Of a stretch of 64,000 bases of DNA, positions 14,104-28,935 are shown in pieces. The stretch is from the human T2T-CHM13v2.0 reference genome, Homo sapiens: the NCBI RefSeq assembly GCF_009914755.1, contig NC_060947.1; one strand, 5' to 3'. Each line of letters starts with the position of its first letter. Within the stretch, counting starts at the first letter, position 1. The position numbers were made by a program, and so were the translations under genes. The notes below the pieces were generated by a model that was not told where the DNA came from, did no database searches, and saw nothing but the letters and a program-made list of their open reading frames with translations.

Positions 14104-14874
14104 CTTTGTCAGAAGTAAAAAAAAAATATATGAAGAGTATGTATAAGAAAAATACCTACTTGTATTAACTGGAAAAAATAATATACTGGGTAAATGTTTA
14201 TAATAAATGAATATAAAATATTCGAAAAGTATACCCTTTAAAACTATGTACAAGTGAGCTGTTATTAAAATTGCTGAAATATTTTCATTGGATTGAAAAG
14301 TATGAAGGTCAACAGTAACCTAAGAAAGAATAATCTTAGTCTTATGTTAGAAATAAAAGCCATATTTAGGGTACTGAGGAGTCCCTTGGAATTAAAGGAG
14401 ACAAGTCTTGGGAAATTTAGCTGACAGTAGTATGTCTGTGTTGGGAAAATGGGGCTATGAGAAAGAAAAGTAGTTGAAATCTGTTTGATTTTAATGGGAG
14501 AGACTCTAAAATAATTAAAAAGAGGACTCAGTAGAGGGAGAGAAGAAAAGATATAAGAGAAACAGGGACTAGTAATGTAAGTTTCTGGAGAAAACCAAGG
14601 GAAAGAGAACCAGAACACAGATGGAAGAATAGTTTTTGTGTAGGAGGAAGACAAGAGGAGAGAGACGGGTGAGGACATATTTAGTGGCAGAACTATGAAG
14701 GCATTTTTTACCTAAGGATTTTGTTAAATCCAGAAGACAAAAAACTGAGTGTGTAGGAGAAAGAGGTATAATATTGTTCTCAGGCAAATTAGAGGAGTGA
14801 TTTGGCCAGACAACTCTAGTAAATTATTTAGTACTGTTTAAGGCTCAGTTTAGTTTGGTGACTATGAACTTTTA

Positions 14875-15325
<451 letters not shown>

Positions 15326-15793
15326 TTACCAACATTTGGCTACCTGGGTCAGAGATTTTTCAGGTACATATAACAAATGACAGAGGAGGTTTAGGTACTG
15401 GCATGAGAGTAATTAAAATAACAAACCACAGCATCTGAAATAGAGAATAAAATGAAAACAAAAGAAGGATGATGGATACAAAATTAGGTCATTAGAATGC
15501 TAGTCCTGATAAGGGACAAGAATAATAATAGGAAGAGTTTAGAAAATAGCCTGGAAAGATAAATGTTGATCAAAGTAGGATGTTTGAACTAGTGATTTAG
15601 TAACTACAGTAGTTCAGGATGATGACAACGTTCATGGTATGACAGTGAGAATGGTGGCTATTGAGTGGAGAAAAAGGCCATTAGAAATGAGAAGTTTAAA
15701 GAAACTGAGACTAAAGGGTGATTTATGTATTGTTAACCTGGATTTTGAAATTACTGAGAGTGTGTGAGGATTTGCATTAAAAAAGAATACACA

Positions 15794-16607
15794 TGTTATG
15801 GGCTGAATTGTGTCTATTCTCAAAGTTGATATGTTAAATTCCTAAGCCCTAGTACCTCAGAGCGTGACTGCATTTGGAAATTGGGTCTTTAAAGATGTAG
15901 TTAAGAAAAAATTAGGTCGTTAGAGTGACCTCTTATAAGAAGAGGAGATTAGGACACAGATACATACAGAGGAAAGACTATGTGAACCCATGTTAAAGAA
16001 AAAATATTCTGACACTTGTTAAAACACTAAGGTTTCAAGGTCATTGCACTAGGAAAGACAAGATTGAGCTCAATTTCAAATTTAAAAACAGTTGGTGATT
16101 TATAGCCAATCAGCAGACTGAAGGGGCCAGTGGATGGAAAATTACTAAAAGGCAATGCTAAGGAGATTCTTGCTAAACCAACTTAACAGGATTCTTTCTG
16201 AATGCAGGCCAAGAACTTAGACATTAAAGGTGGGGGATGTTGAACATGGTCTGATATCAAGGGTGGGGTATTATCTCTTAAATGACTAATCAGGATTCTT
16301 GCTAAAAGTACGCTATGCAAGCCTGACAAAAATTAAAAAGAAATTGGGCAAGCTCAAGGTCTAGCTGAAAAAAGGGGCTCAGAGGAATGTCACTAAAGTT
16401 TGGTCAAGGAGACTCTTTGTCAGACACAGAGATAAGACAGCAATCTACAAGCCAAGGAGAGAGAAACATCTCAGAAGAAACCTCCCCTACTGGTACTTTA
16501 ATCTTGGACTTACAGCTTCCAGAATTGTGACAAAATAAATTTGTGGTTTTTTTTAAAGACATGAAGCCGGTGGCTGTTTGTTATGGCAACCCTAGCAAAC
16601 TAATAAA
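15794..16607 (+). mobile_element. MLT1(A-C-like) MaLR LTR, split by a MER31-like LTR
   Basis: Starts tgttatgggctgaattgtgtc and ends gttatggcaaccctagcaaactaata; pieces 15794-15990 and 16423-16607. Confidence 0.85.
15991..16422 (-). mobile_element. MER31-like ERV1 LTR nested in MLT1
   Basis: TG...CA ends; minus strand begins tgacaaagagtctccttgaccaaactttag, as I recall for MER31. Confidence 0.75.
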
Positions 16608-16712
16608 CTGTGATTCAGTAAATGAAGCAGAATAGCCAAGTGAACAGTGGATTGTGGTGACAGAGATGAGTAGAGAGAAATTACAGCCAGATGTCATGAT
16701 ATTAAAGTGACT

Positions 16713-17225
16713 GATGGAATACCATTCAGCCTTTAAAATGGAAGAAATTCTGTCATTTTTAACAATATGGATGAAATTTGGAGGTCATTATGCTAAATGA
16801 AATAAGCTAAACACAGAAAGAAACACCATATGTTTCCACTTATATGTGGAATCTAACACACCCAAACTCATAAAAGTAGAGATTAGAGTGGGGGTTGACG
16901 AAGGCGGAGGCTGGAGGGAATGAGACGGCAATCTAAGAGGACAAATACTCAATTAGATAGAAGGAATAAGCTTTATTTTTGTGGAGATCTGTTGCACAGC
17001 ATAATGCATATAGTTGATATTTCAGTACTATACATTTCAATATTGCTTAGAGAGTAAATCTCAAATGTTCTTAGAATAAAATATGTCAAATATTTGAGGT
17101 TATGGATAGGTTCATTAGCTTTATTTAATAATTCCAGGTTGTATTAAAAAGTCATATCATCACCTTCTATCCCATAAATATATAAAACTATAACTTTTTT
17201 AATATATAATTTAAAAATTTTTTAA
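16713..17225 (+). mobile_element. L1MA-like 3' end
   Basis: atggaataccattcagcctttaaaatggaagaaattctgtcattt...cccataaatatataaaactataac. Confidence 0.82.
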
Positions 17226-17329
17226 AAGTGGCTGAGGAAGTAGTAGATTACAAGTCATTACAAAGGCCATACAGATTCACCTGCCAACCAAAGTTTGATA
17301 ATAATAATAATAACATCAACAATGACAAT

Positions 17330-17550
17330 AAAAATAGCAGCAAATAATTCTCTATTGATTCCTATATGCCAAGTATTGTTCTAATCACTTAATACACATT
17401 AACTCATTTAATCCTCAAAACCCTCTTATTACCTCTATTTCATAATAAGAAAACTAAAGCATAGAAAGATTAAATCATTTCTCCAAGGTTATATCACTAG
17501 TCAGTCATAGGACTAATATTCAAGCCAAGACATTCAGAATCAATGCCTCT
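17330..17550 (-). mobile_element. MIR
   Basis: cattaactcatttaatcctcaaaaccctc...aagaaaactaaagcatagaaagattaaatcatttctccaaggtt. Confidence 0.75.
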
Positions 17551-17930
17551 TCTCTGTCTGGACCAATATGCTACAATGTATACAGGATATGGATTTTTTA
17601 AAAAAGCCTCCCTTAGCTTTTGTCCAAAGTCACACATCTCATGAAAGGCAGACTCCAGATCCAACTAAATATTCTTCTTTCAATTTTGGTATTCATATTG
17701 GCATTCATATTTCGAACAAAAATTTTACTGAACAAATTGTGGTAACCTAGTCAATTGTGATTAATAGTGCCAGTTTGTTAATTCAATTATATAAAGGGAG
17801 ATTTAACCTGTTGGACAAAAGTGGAAGTTTTAGAAATTACTTAGAAAAATATTAGGTTTAAGAATGTATCATTCACTCTTCTGACATAACATTATAGACC
17901 TAAGAATTTTATAATTTAATGGTTTTTTGT

Positions 17931-20213
17931 TGATATGGTTTGGCTGTGTCCCCACCCAAATCTCATCTTGAATTGTAACTTCCACAATTCCCATGGGCAT
18001 GGGAGGAACCTGGTGGGAGGTGATTGAATTAAGGGGGCAGGTCTTTCCTGTTCTGTTCTCATGATAGTTAATGAGTCTCGTGAGATCTGATGATTTAAAA
18101 AGGGGAGTTTTCCTGCAAGCTCTCTTCTCTTGTCTGCTGCCATGTGAGAAGTGCCTTTCACCTTCCACCATGACTATGAGGCCTCACCAGCCATGTGGAA
18201 CTGTAAGTCCAATAAACCTCTTTCTTTTGTAAATTGCCCAGTCTTGGGTATGTCTTTATTAGCAGCATGAAAACAAACTAATACAGAAAAATGCTACCAC
18301 TAGAGTGGGGTTCTGCTGAAAAGATACCCAAAACTGTGAAAGCAACTTTGCAACTGGGTAACAGGCAGAGGTTGGAACAGTTTGAAGGACTCAGAAGAAG
18401 ACAGGAAAATGTGGGAAAGTCTGGAACTTCCTAGAGACTTGTCGAATGGCCTTGACAAAAATTCTGATAGTGATATGAACAATAAGGTGCAGTCTGAGAT
18501 GGTCTCAGATGGAGATGAGGAATTTGTTGGGAACTGGAGCAAAGGTGACTTGCTATGTTTTAGCAAAGAGACTGGTGGCATTTTGCCCCTGCCCTAGAGA
18601 TTTATGGAACTTTGAACTTGAGAGAGGTAATTTAGGGAATCTGGCAGAAGAAGTTTCTAAGCAGCAAAGCATTCAAGAGGTGACTTGGGTGCTGTTAAAG
18701 GCATTCAGTTTTAAAAGGGAAAAAGAGCATGAGAGTTTGAGAAATTTGCAGCCTGACAAGGCGATAGAAAATAAAATCCCATTTTTTGAGGTGAAATTCA
18801 AGCCAGCTGCAGAAATTTTCATAAGTAATGAGGAACAGAATGTTAGTCCTCAAGATAATAAGGAAAATGTCTCCAAGGCATGTCAGAGGTCTGCGCAGAA
18901 GCCCCGCTTATCACAGGCCTGGAGGCCTAGGAGAAAATAGTGGTTTCGTGGGTGGGGCCCAGGGTCCCTGTGCTGTGTGTAGTCTAGGGACTTGGTGCCC
19001 TGCATCCCAGCCACTCCAGCCATGGCTGAAAGGGGCCAACATAGAGCTCAGGTTGTGGCTTCAGAAGGTGCAAGCCCCAAGCCTTGGCAGCTTGCACGTA
19101 GTGTTGAGCCTGTGAGTGCACAAAGTCAAGAATTGGGGTTTGGGAACCTTCACTTAGATTTCAGAAGATGTATGGAAATGCCTGGATGCCCTGGAAGAAG
19201 TTTGCTGCAGGGGTAAGACTCTCATGGAGAACCGCTGCTAGGGCAGTGCAGAAGGAAAATGTGTGGTTAGAGCCCCCAAAGATTCTCTACTGGGGCAGCA
19301 CCTAGTAGAGCTGTGAGAAGAAGGCCACCGTCCTCCAGATCCCAAAATGGTAGACCCACCCACAGCTTGCACCGTGTGCCTGGAAAAGCTGCAGACACTC
19401 AACAGCAGCCTATGAAAGCAGCCGGGAGGGAGGCTACACCCTGCATAACCACAGTGGTGGAGCTGCCCAAGACCATGGGAACCCACATCTTGCATCAGTG
19501 TGACCTAGATGCGAGACATAGAGTCAAAGGAGATTGCTTTGAAACTTTAAGATTTGACTGCCCTGCTGGATTTCAGACTTCCATGGGGCCTGTAGCCCCT
19601 TTGTTTTGGCCAATTTATCCCATTTGGAATGGCTGCATTTACCCAATGTCTGTACCCACATTGTATCTAGGAAGTAACTAACTTGCTTTTGATTTTACAC
19701 ACTCATAGGCAGAAGGGACTTGCCTTGTTTCAGATGAGACTTTGGACTGTGGACTTTTGAGTTAATGCTGAAACAAGGTAAGACTTTGGGGTCTGTTGGG
19801 AAGGCATGATTGGTTTTTAAACGTGAGAACATGAGATTTGGGAGGGGCAGAAGTGGAATAATAAGCTTTGGCTTTGTCCCCACCTAAATCTCTTCTTGAA
19901 TTGTAACTCATACAATTCCCATGGGTTGTGGGAATAACCCGGTGGGAGGTGGTTGAATTATGGGGGCAGGTCTTTCCTGTGCTGTTCTTGTGATATTGAA
20001 TACATCTCAGGAGATCTGATGGTTTTAAAAAGAGGAGTTTCCCTTCACAAGCTGTCTTCTCTTGTCTGCCTCCATGTGAGACATGCCTTTCATCTTCTGC
20101 CGTGATTATGAGGCCTCCCCAGCCACATGGAACTAAAAGTCCCATAAAACTCTTTCTTTTGTAAATTGCCCAGTCTTGGGTATGTCTTTAACAGTAGCAT
20201 GACTAATAATACA
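17931..20213 (+). mobile_element. Complete THE1 MaLR provirus (5' LTR 17931-18285, internal 18286-19858, 3' LTR 19859-20213)
   Basis: Two homologous ~355-bp LTRs flanking a ~1.57-kb THE1 internal region; 5-bp TSD tttgt at 17926-17930 and 20214-20218. Confidence 0.95.
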
Positions 20214-22649
20214 TTTGTATTACTGACTAATACATTTGTATTGCCAAAGAGGGTGCCAAAGGAGAGGTCTCGAATTCAGTTCACTCAGGGAATAAACATT
20301 TATGTTTAGAAATGGTGATCTGAAGTGTGACCACATTATTTAAGCATAGGCGTCTCTAAGAGTAAAATCTGTCTCTGTGAAATTAATTAATTGCATTCAC
20401 ATTTTATGAAGACTTTAGCAATTTGATAACCCAACCTCTTAATTCCTTTAAGTAGTCTTCATGCACTGTGAAATGAGAGTCTGTTTTAGGGATTAAATAA
20501 CTCAAAGGAGAAGAATATTCACTTGAGTACATACTAAAATGTTTAGTAGCAATGGGGAATCAAAATGTTTGATCATGGGTCAAAAAGTCTGTCACTATGT
20601 ATCTTGGCACTCAGAGAGCAGGATAGTCTAGCCATATGTCCAATGGGCAAGGAACATAGCTCTAAATTTATTGGTTATTCCTGTTGCACCACCATTGTGA
20701 AGAGAATGAGATCAATGTGCCAGTAAGCTAGAGTTGTGAAAGCTTTCAGAATAATTCAGGAACAATATATCCACAGAAAATTTAAAAATCAAGTAAAAAT
20801 GCTCGTGAAAAATTAATTTTCACTTTTCTTTACTGTTCACCATAAATAAGTCTATTCATTCAAGTACGCTGTAAAATTAGAGTAGGAGTCATAAGATTTT
20901 CTTCAATAAGAAGTTAATTTTGACTAGAAAAATATATAGGGAAATCTAAAAGTGAATATTCACAAAAGTATATTGAAGCCAAATAGTTTGGAATATATTT
21001 TGACAAATAATATTAGTTTCTCATAAGTTTCTTATCAGTTACATGATTGGTTCTTAGCCATTTTTCAGGTAAGTAAATGGTTTAATTGAAATGACATCAA
21101 AAAGATAAGCAAATAAATGAAGTGTATTTATTCAACATTTAACTGTAAACAAGGTAGTCTTGGTATTAAAAGTATCAAATAAAATGTCTTATTTAATGTT
21201 TGGGATATATAAAATTTCAAAACTGGATTATACATTGGAATGAGTATTTTACATTATATTGCTAATTTACTTATCATAGTTTATACTATCCCTCCCCACA
21301 GATACACTTCTCCATCCTTACCTGCCAACAAACATATTTTTCAGCAATGGCTCTGTCACATCCACAGTTCCATAATTTCCTGAGATTGAAAGATAACATT
21401 TCATTGTTTGAGTAGATTGTGGATTCAATTTCCTGACAGGTGGATTTTAGCATTTTTCCTACTTCTATATTATGATATGCTTTCAGGACTAAATCCTATT
21501 AATTTCTTGCTCAGGAATGAATCATTTACCCTGTCATGAGAGTGGTCTGAAAAAGTTTGTGAAAATGAATTTTCACCAGAATGTACTTCCGTTCATAGAG
21601 ATTGAATACACAGCCAATAATACACAATCAAAATATACATTAATACCTGGGATATTTTAAAAGTTTTAATACTTCTATATAAAGTTACTAAATATTTTCA
21701 TCTCAGAGGTATTACTGCTTAGGCTCACTGGTATAACATAATTTATTTTAAAATTGATTTTAAACAACTTATTATTATTAGCTATATGTTATACACAGGT
21801 TAATAATTTATTCTAGGAAAATTAGCTCTAGTGTATCACAAATTTTTTTAAAGAATTATTTCTGGATGCACTGATCTCATAATTATTTTGCAATTTTAAT
21901 AAAGAGTATATAGGTTGCTAGTGACTTGTTCAGAGAGAATGCTATGTAAATTCCAAAGATTTCACAAGAGTGAAAATTAGTCTGATGCTTTGAGAAATGT
22001 TTTCATACATTTGTAAGAACATGAAATAAACTTTAAAAATATCTGATCTTTTGATATGCCATACATCTTTAAATTTCTTTCAAAAACTCAAAATTTATTT
22101 TAAATGTTTTGCATATATTGAAAGCTACCAAGAAATGATAAGTAATTATTTGGACTTTAAATATCAAGATAAACCATTATGACAAGGTAACTGTCTTCAT
22201 GGATCTTAGAATCTATATTGAGAGAAAATTACACATGTAAGCCAATTTAACTATAGAAATAAGGAATAACGTGACGTTAATAATATACTGCAAAGATGAT
22301 AGTTTTTTCAATAATCAAAATACCTGTAAAAATTTTTACAAAACAACAAACAGGACTAACGAAGAAACAAGGAAGATAATAAATTGGATTTTATAACTTG
22401 ATTAATAAAATTTCAAGAAAATGGATTGGTTATAATTAGAACACAATTTTTGTTTGTGTTTGGAAACCTCAAACTCATTCAGGGTCATGGCTGACCATTT
22501 CTTCAAAACAAATTGCGAGTACTTTTTTTTTTTCATTTTGCCCTGGCTCCCTATATATGGATATGTAATTAGCTGTTAACATTATTTCTGGATAGCCAAC
22601 CAGGACCCAGAAGTACTCCCTATGCATTATTTGACTCTCCGTTACTCAC

Positions 22650-22755
22650 CAGGATTGTCGACTGAGCTGATTTATTCAACTATATAAGTGACCCCCTTTC
22701 CTTCCTCTTCATATTATTCGCTCAAAAATAATATCCTTTCTTGAAAACATGGAAT
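22650..22755 (-). pseudogene. Candidate decayed exon
   Basis: cctgaaaag| 106 nt |gtgagt; phase-2 start fits the 26881 exon end; FHVFKKGYYF*ANNMKRKERGSLI*LNKSAQSTIL has two stops. Confidence 0.3.
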
Positions 22756-23441
22756 CTTTTCAGGAAGGATGTACATGCATTAGAAATTTGTTTTCCCTGT
22801 CAAGTCTCAAAAAACTTAGCAAGGTTGATTTAGGGGAGTAACAGACCAGTTGTGGACTCTAAGTTGTGTTCTTATTCTAAAATATACAGGACAACTGGCC
22901 ATTCACTTACTAATCTTATTTCCAAGTTTTGGGGGAAGGTAGTGAAGGGCACTTTAAGATGAATATAATTCATACGAGCTAGTGAGTATGCTGGATAAGG
23001 TTCAAAAGACTTTTTAATGGACTCAAAATCAATGCTGTTATTTTAATAACTTATATGTAGCTTTTATCTATTTACCTAGTCAGAGAGATTGCTAAAAATT
23101 TAAGATACATATATAAAATATTTAATTATGATGACAAAGAATTATATGTATGGTTTCTCAGAATTTTTCTTGTACCAGAAATCCATTTTTGAGAGAGCAT
23201 GAAAACAAACAGATAAAGCCTCCCAAGTCCCCCCTACCCCCGCAACCCCTGCCACCCCCAGGGAGAAGGGGAAGCTTGATAGATTATTGGAGAAATCCGC
23301 ATGTCTTCCCTTTACCTTCCCAGTTTCTAACTTAGAAAATCTTGACCTGCTTCACATACAGGAACCTCTGCTTCTGATATATAGTCTGTCCCGTCACATT
23401 CACCCCTTAGTTGCCAAACTAATGTTTAAACACAGCGGTTC

Positions 23442-24174
23442 TGTTACAGTTAGACAGGCATGAGTGGGGAAGAAGAGGGTTCTTGCCACCCATCCATCAG
23501 GAATGTCAGGCAATCTAATAGGGTGATGGTTTGACAATTATCACATTGCCTTTCCAAAAATGATAATTTAGCAGCTAGTGCCAGGGAGATACAATGTCCT
23601 GCTGATCCAAAGCTGTTAACACATGTGGGTTCCCACAATTAAAGTATTAATTGAATGCACGTGACAGGGAGAAGCAAAAAGGCTTTCCAATAAAATCTCA
23701 GGTATTGGGCAAGTGAGTCCGGGCATGCACATTAAGAGACAAAATGTCCGAGTATGATCTTCCGGGGGCACTCCACCAGAAAAGGGAAACTTCAGATCGG
23801 CATGTGTACAACTCCCTAAACACACCAAGCGTGCTCACCTCCCAAGGGTAAGGAGGGTACCGTGCATGCTGACAGCCCTCCCTAAGGGAAGAATCATGGG
23901 AAAGGGGACAGCCCATAGAGTCCTAGAATCAAGGATAAACACTAGACTTGACCTTCACGTACCGGCTTGGGTTTCTTCCAAGCATATTTTCTTTCCTTTT
24001 CTGTTTTAAGCCTTTTTAAACAAACTTCCACTTCTGCTCTCAAATTTGCCCCAGTCTCTTTTTCAGCCTTATACCCCTCAGCCTAATTGTATCTTCTGAA
24101 GAGTCAAGAATTGACGTTACTGCAGATCCATACGGATTTGCCACCGGTAACTTGGATACCTTCTATCTGGAACA
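23442..24174 (+). mobile_element. ERV1 solo LTR (MER50-like)
   Basis: Starts tgttacagttagacaggcatgag and ends ggaaca; 4-bp TSD gttc on both sides. Confidence 0.85.
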
Positions 24175-24289
24175 GTTCTATGATGGCAACCATTCATGTC
24201 CTCACACTAGAGAAACTACAAAGCTTCTTATAACCTGTCTCACTGTATCTCAAACACTTCCACTTGTTTCTTAAATCTTTGTCACCCTC

Positions 24290-24460
24290 ACCGTTCCCAT
24301 ATAACCTTGTGTTAGTTTTATACACAGTGCTTTGAATTTTTCCTGTTTGCTTGTCTCTATCTCTCAATAGACTGAAGATTTTTGAAGTCAAAGTCGATCT
24401 TATTTACCACTATACCTCCAACACCAATACTGTGTCTAGCACATAGTAACAAAAAGAAAT
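24290..24460 (+). mobile_element. L2 fragment
   Basis: tagactgaagatttttgaagtcaaag...atactgtgtctagcacatagtaa resembles the L2 3' end. Confidence 0.5.
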
Positions 24461-25247
24461 ACTAAAAAGATCAATGTTGAGAAGCCAAATTCTTCAAGAA
24501 GTTGAGAAGCTAACTTCTTCAACAATATTTCACTTTTTTTCCCCGAAGATTAGAGTTTTACTTCGGTGATATCCACTGGTCCACAACATTCCACATGTGC
24601 CTTGCTAACTTGCATCTCTATGTCCTTCCTCAAAGATATGGGAACTCTCTCTTTATTCCTCTACATGGTTAAATCCTACCTGCCTTTCTAAAGACTATGT
24701 CTAACCTCATATCACATGTCTTTCACAAAGGCTCCTCAAAATACTCAAAACCCAAAATAAAAGTAAATGTCATGCAATTTAGCAAATGAGGTGCTTTATG
24801 AAATTTATGGTATTGTGAAAAGGATAATTATAATAATGTGCATTAGGGGCTGTGATCGGAAAAGTATGTGTTGCTATTCTATACAAGCATGAATCCAGAA
24901 CACCTAACATACAATGTGCCGGGGCCAGAGGGAAGCAGTGTTTAGGCAAGATTTGTGGCAGTAAATGTCATTTAGGTTAGAGACCTGAAAAAGAGGAGGT
25001 TGAGGTTAAGAGGAACAACTTTAAGCCTTGGGAACTTTCTGTTTCAAAGGTTAGAAGTGAGAAGGAGCAGGGCACTTTTGAGGCACTGTGAGAACTTAAA
25101 ATGGTTGAAGGGTAGGTCATCTGACTATAATAGAAGATGAGCAGTCAGAATTTCATTCAATTTTAAATGAAACTGAAGCATTGTTACACAAATTAATAAT
25201 TGATCTATACAAGTTATTATCATTTGGAGGTGCATCCTCAATTATGT

Positions 25248-26248
25248 TGTTATGGGATCTCTGGAGTGTCGATTTTTTCTGGCCAGAAACATCTGTGGTG
25301 GTGGCACCTTTGCCCAAGTTCTCATCCTGTGTCCAGGAAGAATGTGATACACAGACAAGTGAAGGGTGAAGAAGAAGAGTTTTATTTAGTGTTAGAACAG
25401 CTCAATGGAGTGGGAAGCTCCTCTCTGTAGGTCGGTCGTCCATTGAGTGTCAGCTCTCAGCAGAGAGGAGGCCCTGGAGAGGGTGGCTCCTCTCCACAGG
25501 CAAGTCATTCAGACATCTCTGCAGGTCTCTGAAGCCCTTGGCAGAGAGGGTACCTCCTCTCTGCTGGCAGATCATCTCTGCAGCTCTCAGCGGAAAGGGT
25601 ACTACTCTATGCAGCTGGCTGTCCCATCATCTCCAGCTATCAGCAGTGAAAGTACTCCTCTCTGCAGCTGGTCCTCTCATCGTCTCTCTGCCCTCTTTGT
25701 CCTCTGGCCATCCTTTGCCCTGCTCTGGCTGAGCCCAGGGCTTTTATGGACATCAGAGGCAAGGAAATGCATGCTGACTGGTCCATGGGCAACCATGGGT
25801 TGGCCCCAAAGAGGCACTATGAGTCCCCACTGTGGTCCGCGGGACTGGCAGCCTTGTCCCTAGCCTTCAGGCCCTCCCTGACCCAAATATGGGGCCTTAC
25901 TGGGGATCCGCCTTCTGCCCAGGAATCAATTTGCCTCCAGCCTCCATTCATGGATCCTGGGCTCGGCCCCAACCCTCACTGTGAGATCAGAGCAGGTGCT
26001 GAGAGTGGAGAGAGGTGAGACAGACACCCCCAAGCCTGCAGAGACATGGGGGTCCTTCCTGTGGCTCCCAAGAGTGCATGCTGCAGAGACACCTGGCTGC
26101 TGCTGTTGGGAGGGTGGCTGCAGCCACACCTGGAAAGGCAGATCCTGCCTGCTCCTGGCCCTCCCCCAAGAGCACAAGGAGGCTGGGATGCACAGCTGCA
26201 GTTTGGGTGGCTGTAGCCCCGCCCAGGAGGGTGGAGCCACTGCCATCA
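25248..26248 (-). mobile_element. MER52-like ERV1 LTR (GC-rich, probably internally deleted)
   Basis: TG...CA ends (tgttatggg...ccactgccatca); repeated ctctctgcagctgg motifs; near-match TSD atgt/atat. Confidence 0.8.
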
Positions 26249-26880
26249 ATATTATTATTTGAGGCTGTCTCAAAATACCGGGAAACAGCTACTGGAAGGA
26301 ACCAGAGCTTTAGAGTCAGACTAAGGCATTTGAGTTACCTTAGGGAAACTTCTTATCTTATCAGTAAAATCAAGACATTAGTATTTACATCACAAGAATG
26401 TTGAAAGACTATTGTTTTATTCATTATACTGTTCCCAGTGCCTGGTACATACATAGACATTTTATAAATGTTTCTTAAATTAATGTTAAATTTGTTTTTC
26501 TTTGTTGCTTTTCAAATTGACTTCTGGAGACAAACTAAGAATTATACAATCTTTAAAGCTGCTGTTAATATATTTTCAGTTATGCAGAAGTGTCCAAGGT
26601 CATTTGATTGCATATATATGACAAATTCCACTCTTTTTCTGCCTTTGAATAGTAAGCAGTTTGTTAAGCTAGCAAATTTTTATTACATTGTAATGGCAGG
26701 GTATTGTTTAAGATAACCATGGTACTGAGACTGAAGCCCTGTCTACGTTTTAATAGCATTAACTATCCAAGCCATTTTCTTATCTCCAGACTATAATGTC
26801 TTAGGGATCTTATATTTTATATGTATTTTGTCTGTTTCTTCACGTAGTGCTACTGTCACTGTTGTGTTAAGGCAATATAC

Positions 26881-27011
26881 CTGTTTATTTTATTTACAAC
26901 ATCATTAAGCTTTGTTCTTCTGTTTTTCCTGCGTATGTTTGAAAGCAAGAAGAGCTTTAAATATTGTTCATTAAAATGCTTGTCAATAGGGTTCATGTGT
27001 AATGTTTCTAG
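26881..27011 (-). pseudogene. Candidate exon of decayed minus-strand gene
   Basis: atatatacag| 131 nt ag|gtatat; only one frame open: LETLHMNPIDKHFNEQYLKLFLLSNIRRKNRRTKLNDVVNKIN. Confidence 0.45.
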
Positions 27012-27315
27012 CTGTATATATTTAACAACATTTGAGTTATATTTTAAATTATTCCACTTATCTCACGCTCACATTATATACTGTCTTTTGTCCTGAAGAA
27101 CTTTTAAAAAAATTAGGAAGTTACGTTATTACAGTCTCTAAATGTGAAACTCATTGTTGAACAAAATAAAATTACCATAGAGTATTGCATGAAACTTGCA
27201 ATAATGGGAAAAGTTTATTGAAGTTTAGAACTGCACCTAAACCATAAAGCAACCAACTGCTGACCTATGCAAGTAATTTCCTCACAAATAGTACTCAAAG
27301 GTAAACTTCCCTTCA

Positions 27316-27626
<311 letters not shown>

Positions 27627-28123
27627 CTATTTTCATGGGCTTTAAGTTGCAAGAACATGCCTATTGCAACTTAGAATTCAATTTTCCACCAACTCATTTT
27701 TGGCTGGCCTACAATTTCTTTGCCAAACCAGTCTAGGCACAATATGAGATATACAACTGTAAACACACACATTCACACAATGTTATTTTCTTTTATTAAC
27801 TAAGGTGTATAAATAAAGCCTAAAGGAGATCCTATGAAAACTCCCAAAATACTCAAAATGGAGGCTATAAAGAGGTAGATATTTCTGTTCAACTTTATGT
27901 CACAATTTATTTAACTAACCCAAATAACTCAGATAATCCAATTCAGAGCCTTCATTATTGAGCTAAATAATTTATTATATGTTAATTAATATGCCTAGAT
28001 ATGGAAAGCAGGAAGTTCAAGTAAGACGTATATATAGAGAGAGCAACATGGGGATTAACACTACTTCACTTGAAGTAAATAGTTTCAGTGGAATAACAAG
28101 AATAATTTGAATCTCAGTGAATT

Positions 28124-28935
28124 TGAAAGGAGTTAGTTAGCTTGCCTTAGGTAGATAGCAAGGGAAGGGTCCCTGGAGACCCCCCGGTCCATGGGTCAGT
28201 GCCTCATCCCCACATGACATACAAAGCAGTCTGGGGAAGAATTCAGGCTGCAGGCACAGATAAGGGAACTCGCACAGGGTTTTGTGCCTAGAGACAGGCT
28301 CACAGCTGCACAGATAGAAAAACCTCAGGACCATTTGGATAAAAACTTGCACAAACCTCCAGTTCACTCAGATAAGTGAACAAGGCCTGGCATAGAAATG
28401 CCTATGGCCTTTGTATAGTCTGCATGTTCCCAAGAAAAGTTTCTTCTCCTTTTGTGGTCATGGGCACAGTGGGTTCTTTCCTTTTTGACTGTGTGTCCGG
28501 CCTCCATGAATCACCATTTCAACCCACGGTTGGTCCTTGGACAAGATCCAAGGTCAAGCTTTCACTTCAACTACTGACAGATCCTGGGCCAAGCTTAGCA
28601 GCCTCTATGAATCATCACTTCAGCCCCTGATTGGTCCCGGGCCAAGGCCCTGGGCCATGCTAAGTTACACATTCTCCAAGACAGCCCGCAGACTAAGCAC
28701 ATTCCTTCCCCTTCCCAGTCCATAAAATCCCTGGACCTCAGCCTCATAGGCGGCACTCCATTCAGGCCCCCCTCTCTGCTGGCAGAGAGCTTTCTTCTTT
28801 CACTTATTAAACATTCACTCTAACCTCACCTTTGTGTCCACACTCTTTAATTTTCTTGGAGGTAGAAGAAAAAACTCTGGGCGTTATCTCAGACAACAAG
28901 AGACTGTTACATCTTGTTACATTGCTGAGACTACA
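28124..28935 (+). mobile_element. ERV1 solo LTR (MER4 group, MER66-like)
   Basis: tgaaaggagttagttagcttgccttaggtagatagcaagggaagggtccc start; TATA-like cataaaa and attaaa polyA-like signal; U5-like end. Confidence 0.7.

Noticed and set aside
18300-20145. Overlapping ORFs of up to 143 aa
   Set aside because: Remnants of the THE1 internal region and LTR
25248-26404. GC-rich block with many ORFs, possible promoter or CpG island
   Set aside because: CpG-poor and explained by a MER52-like LTR
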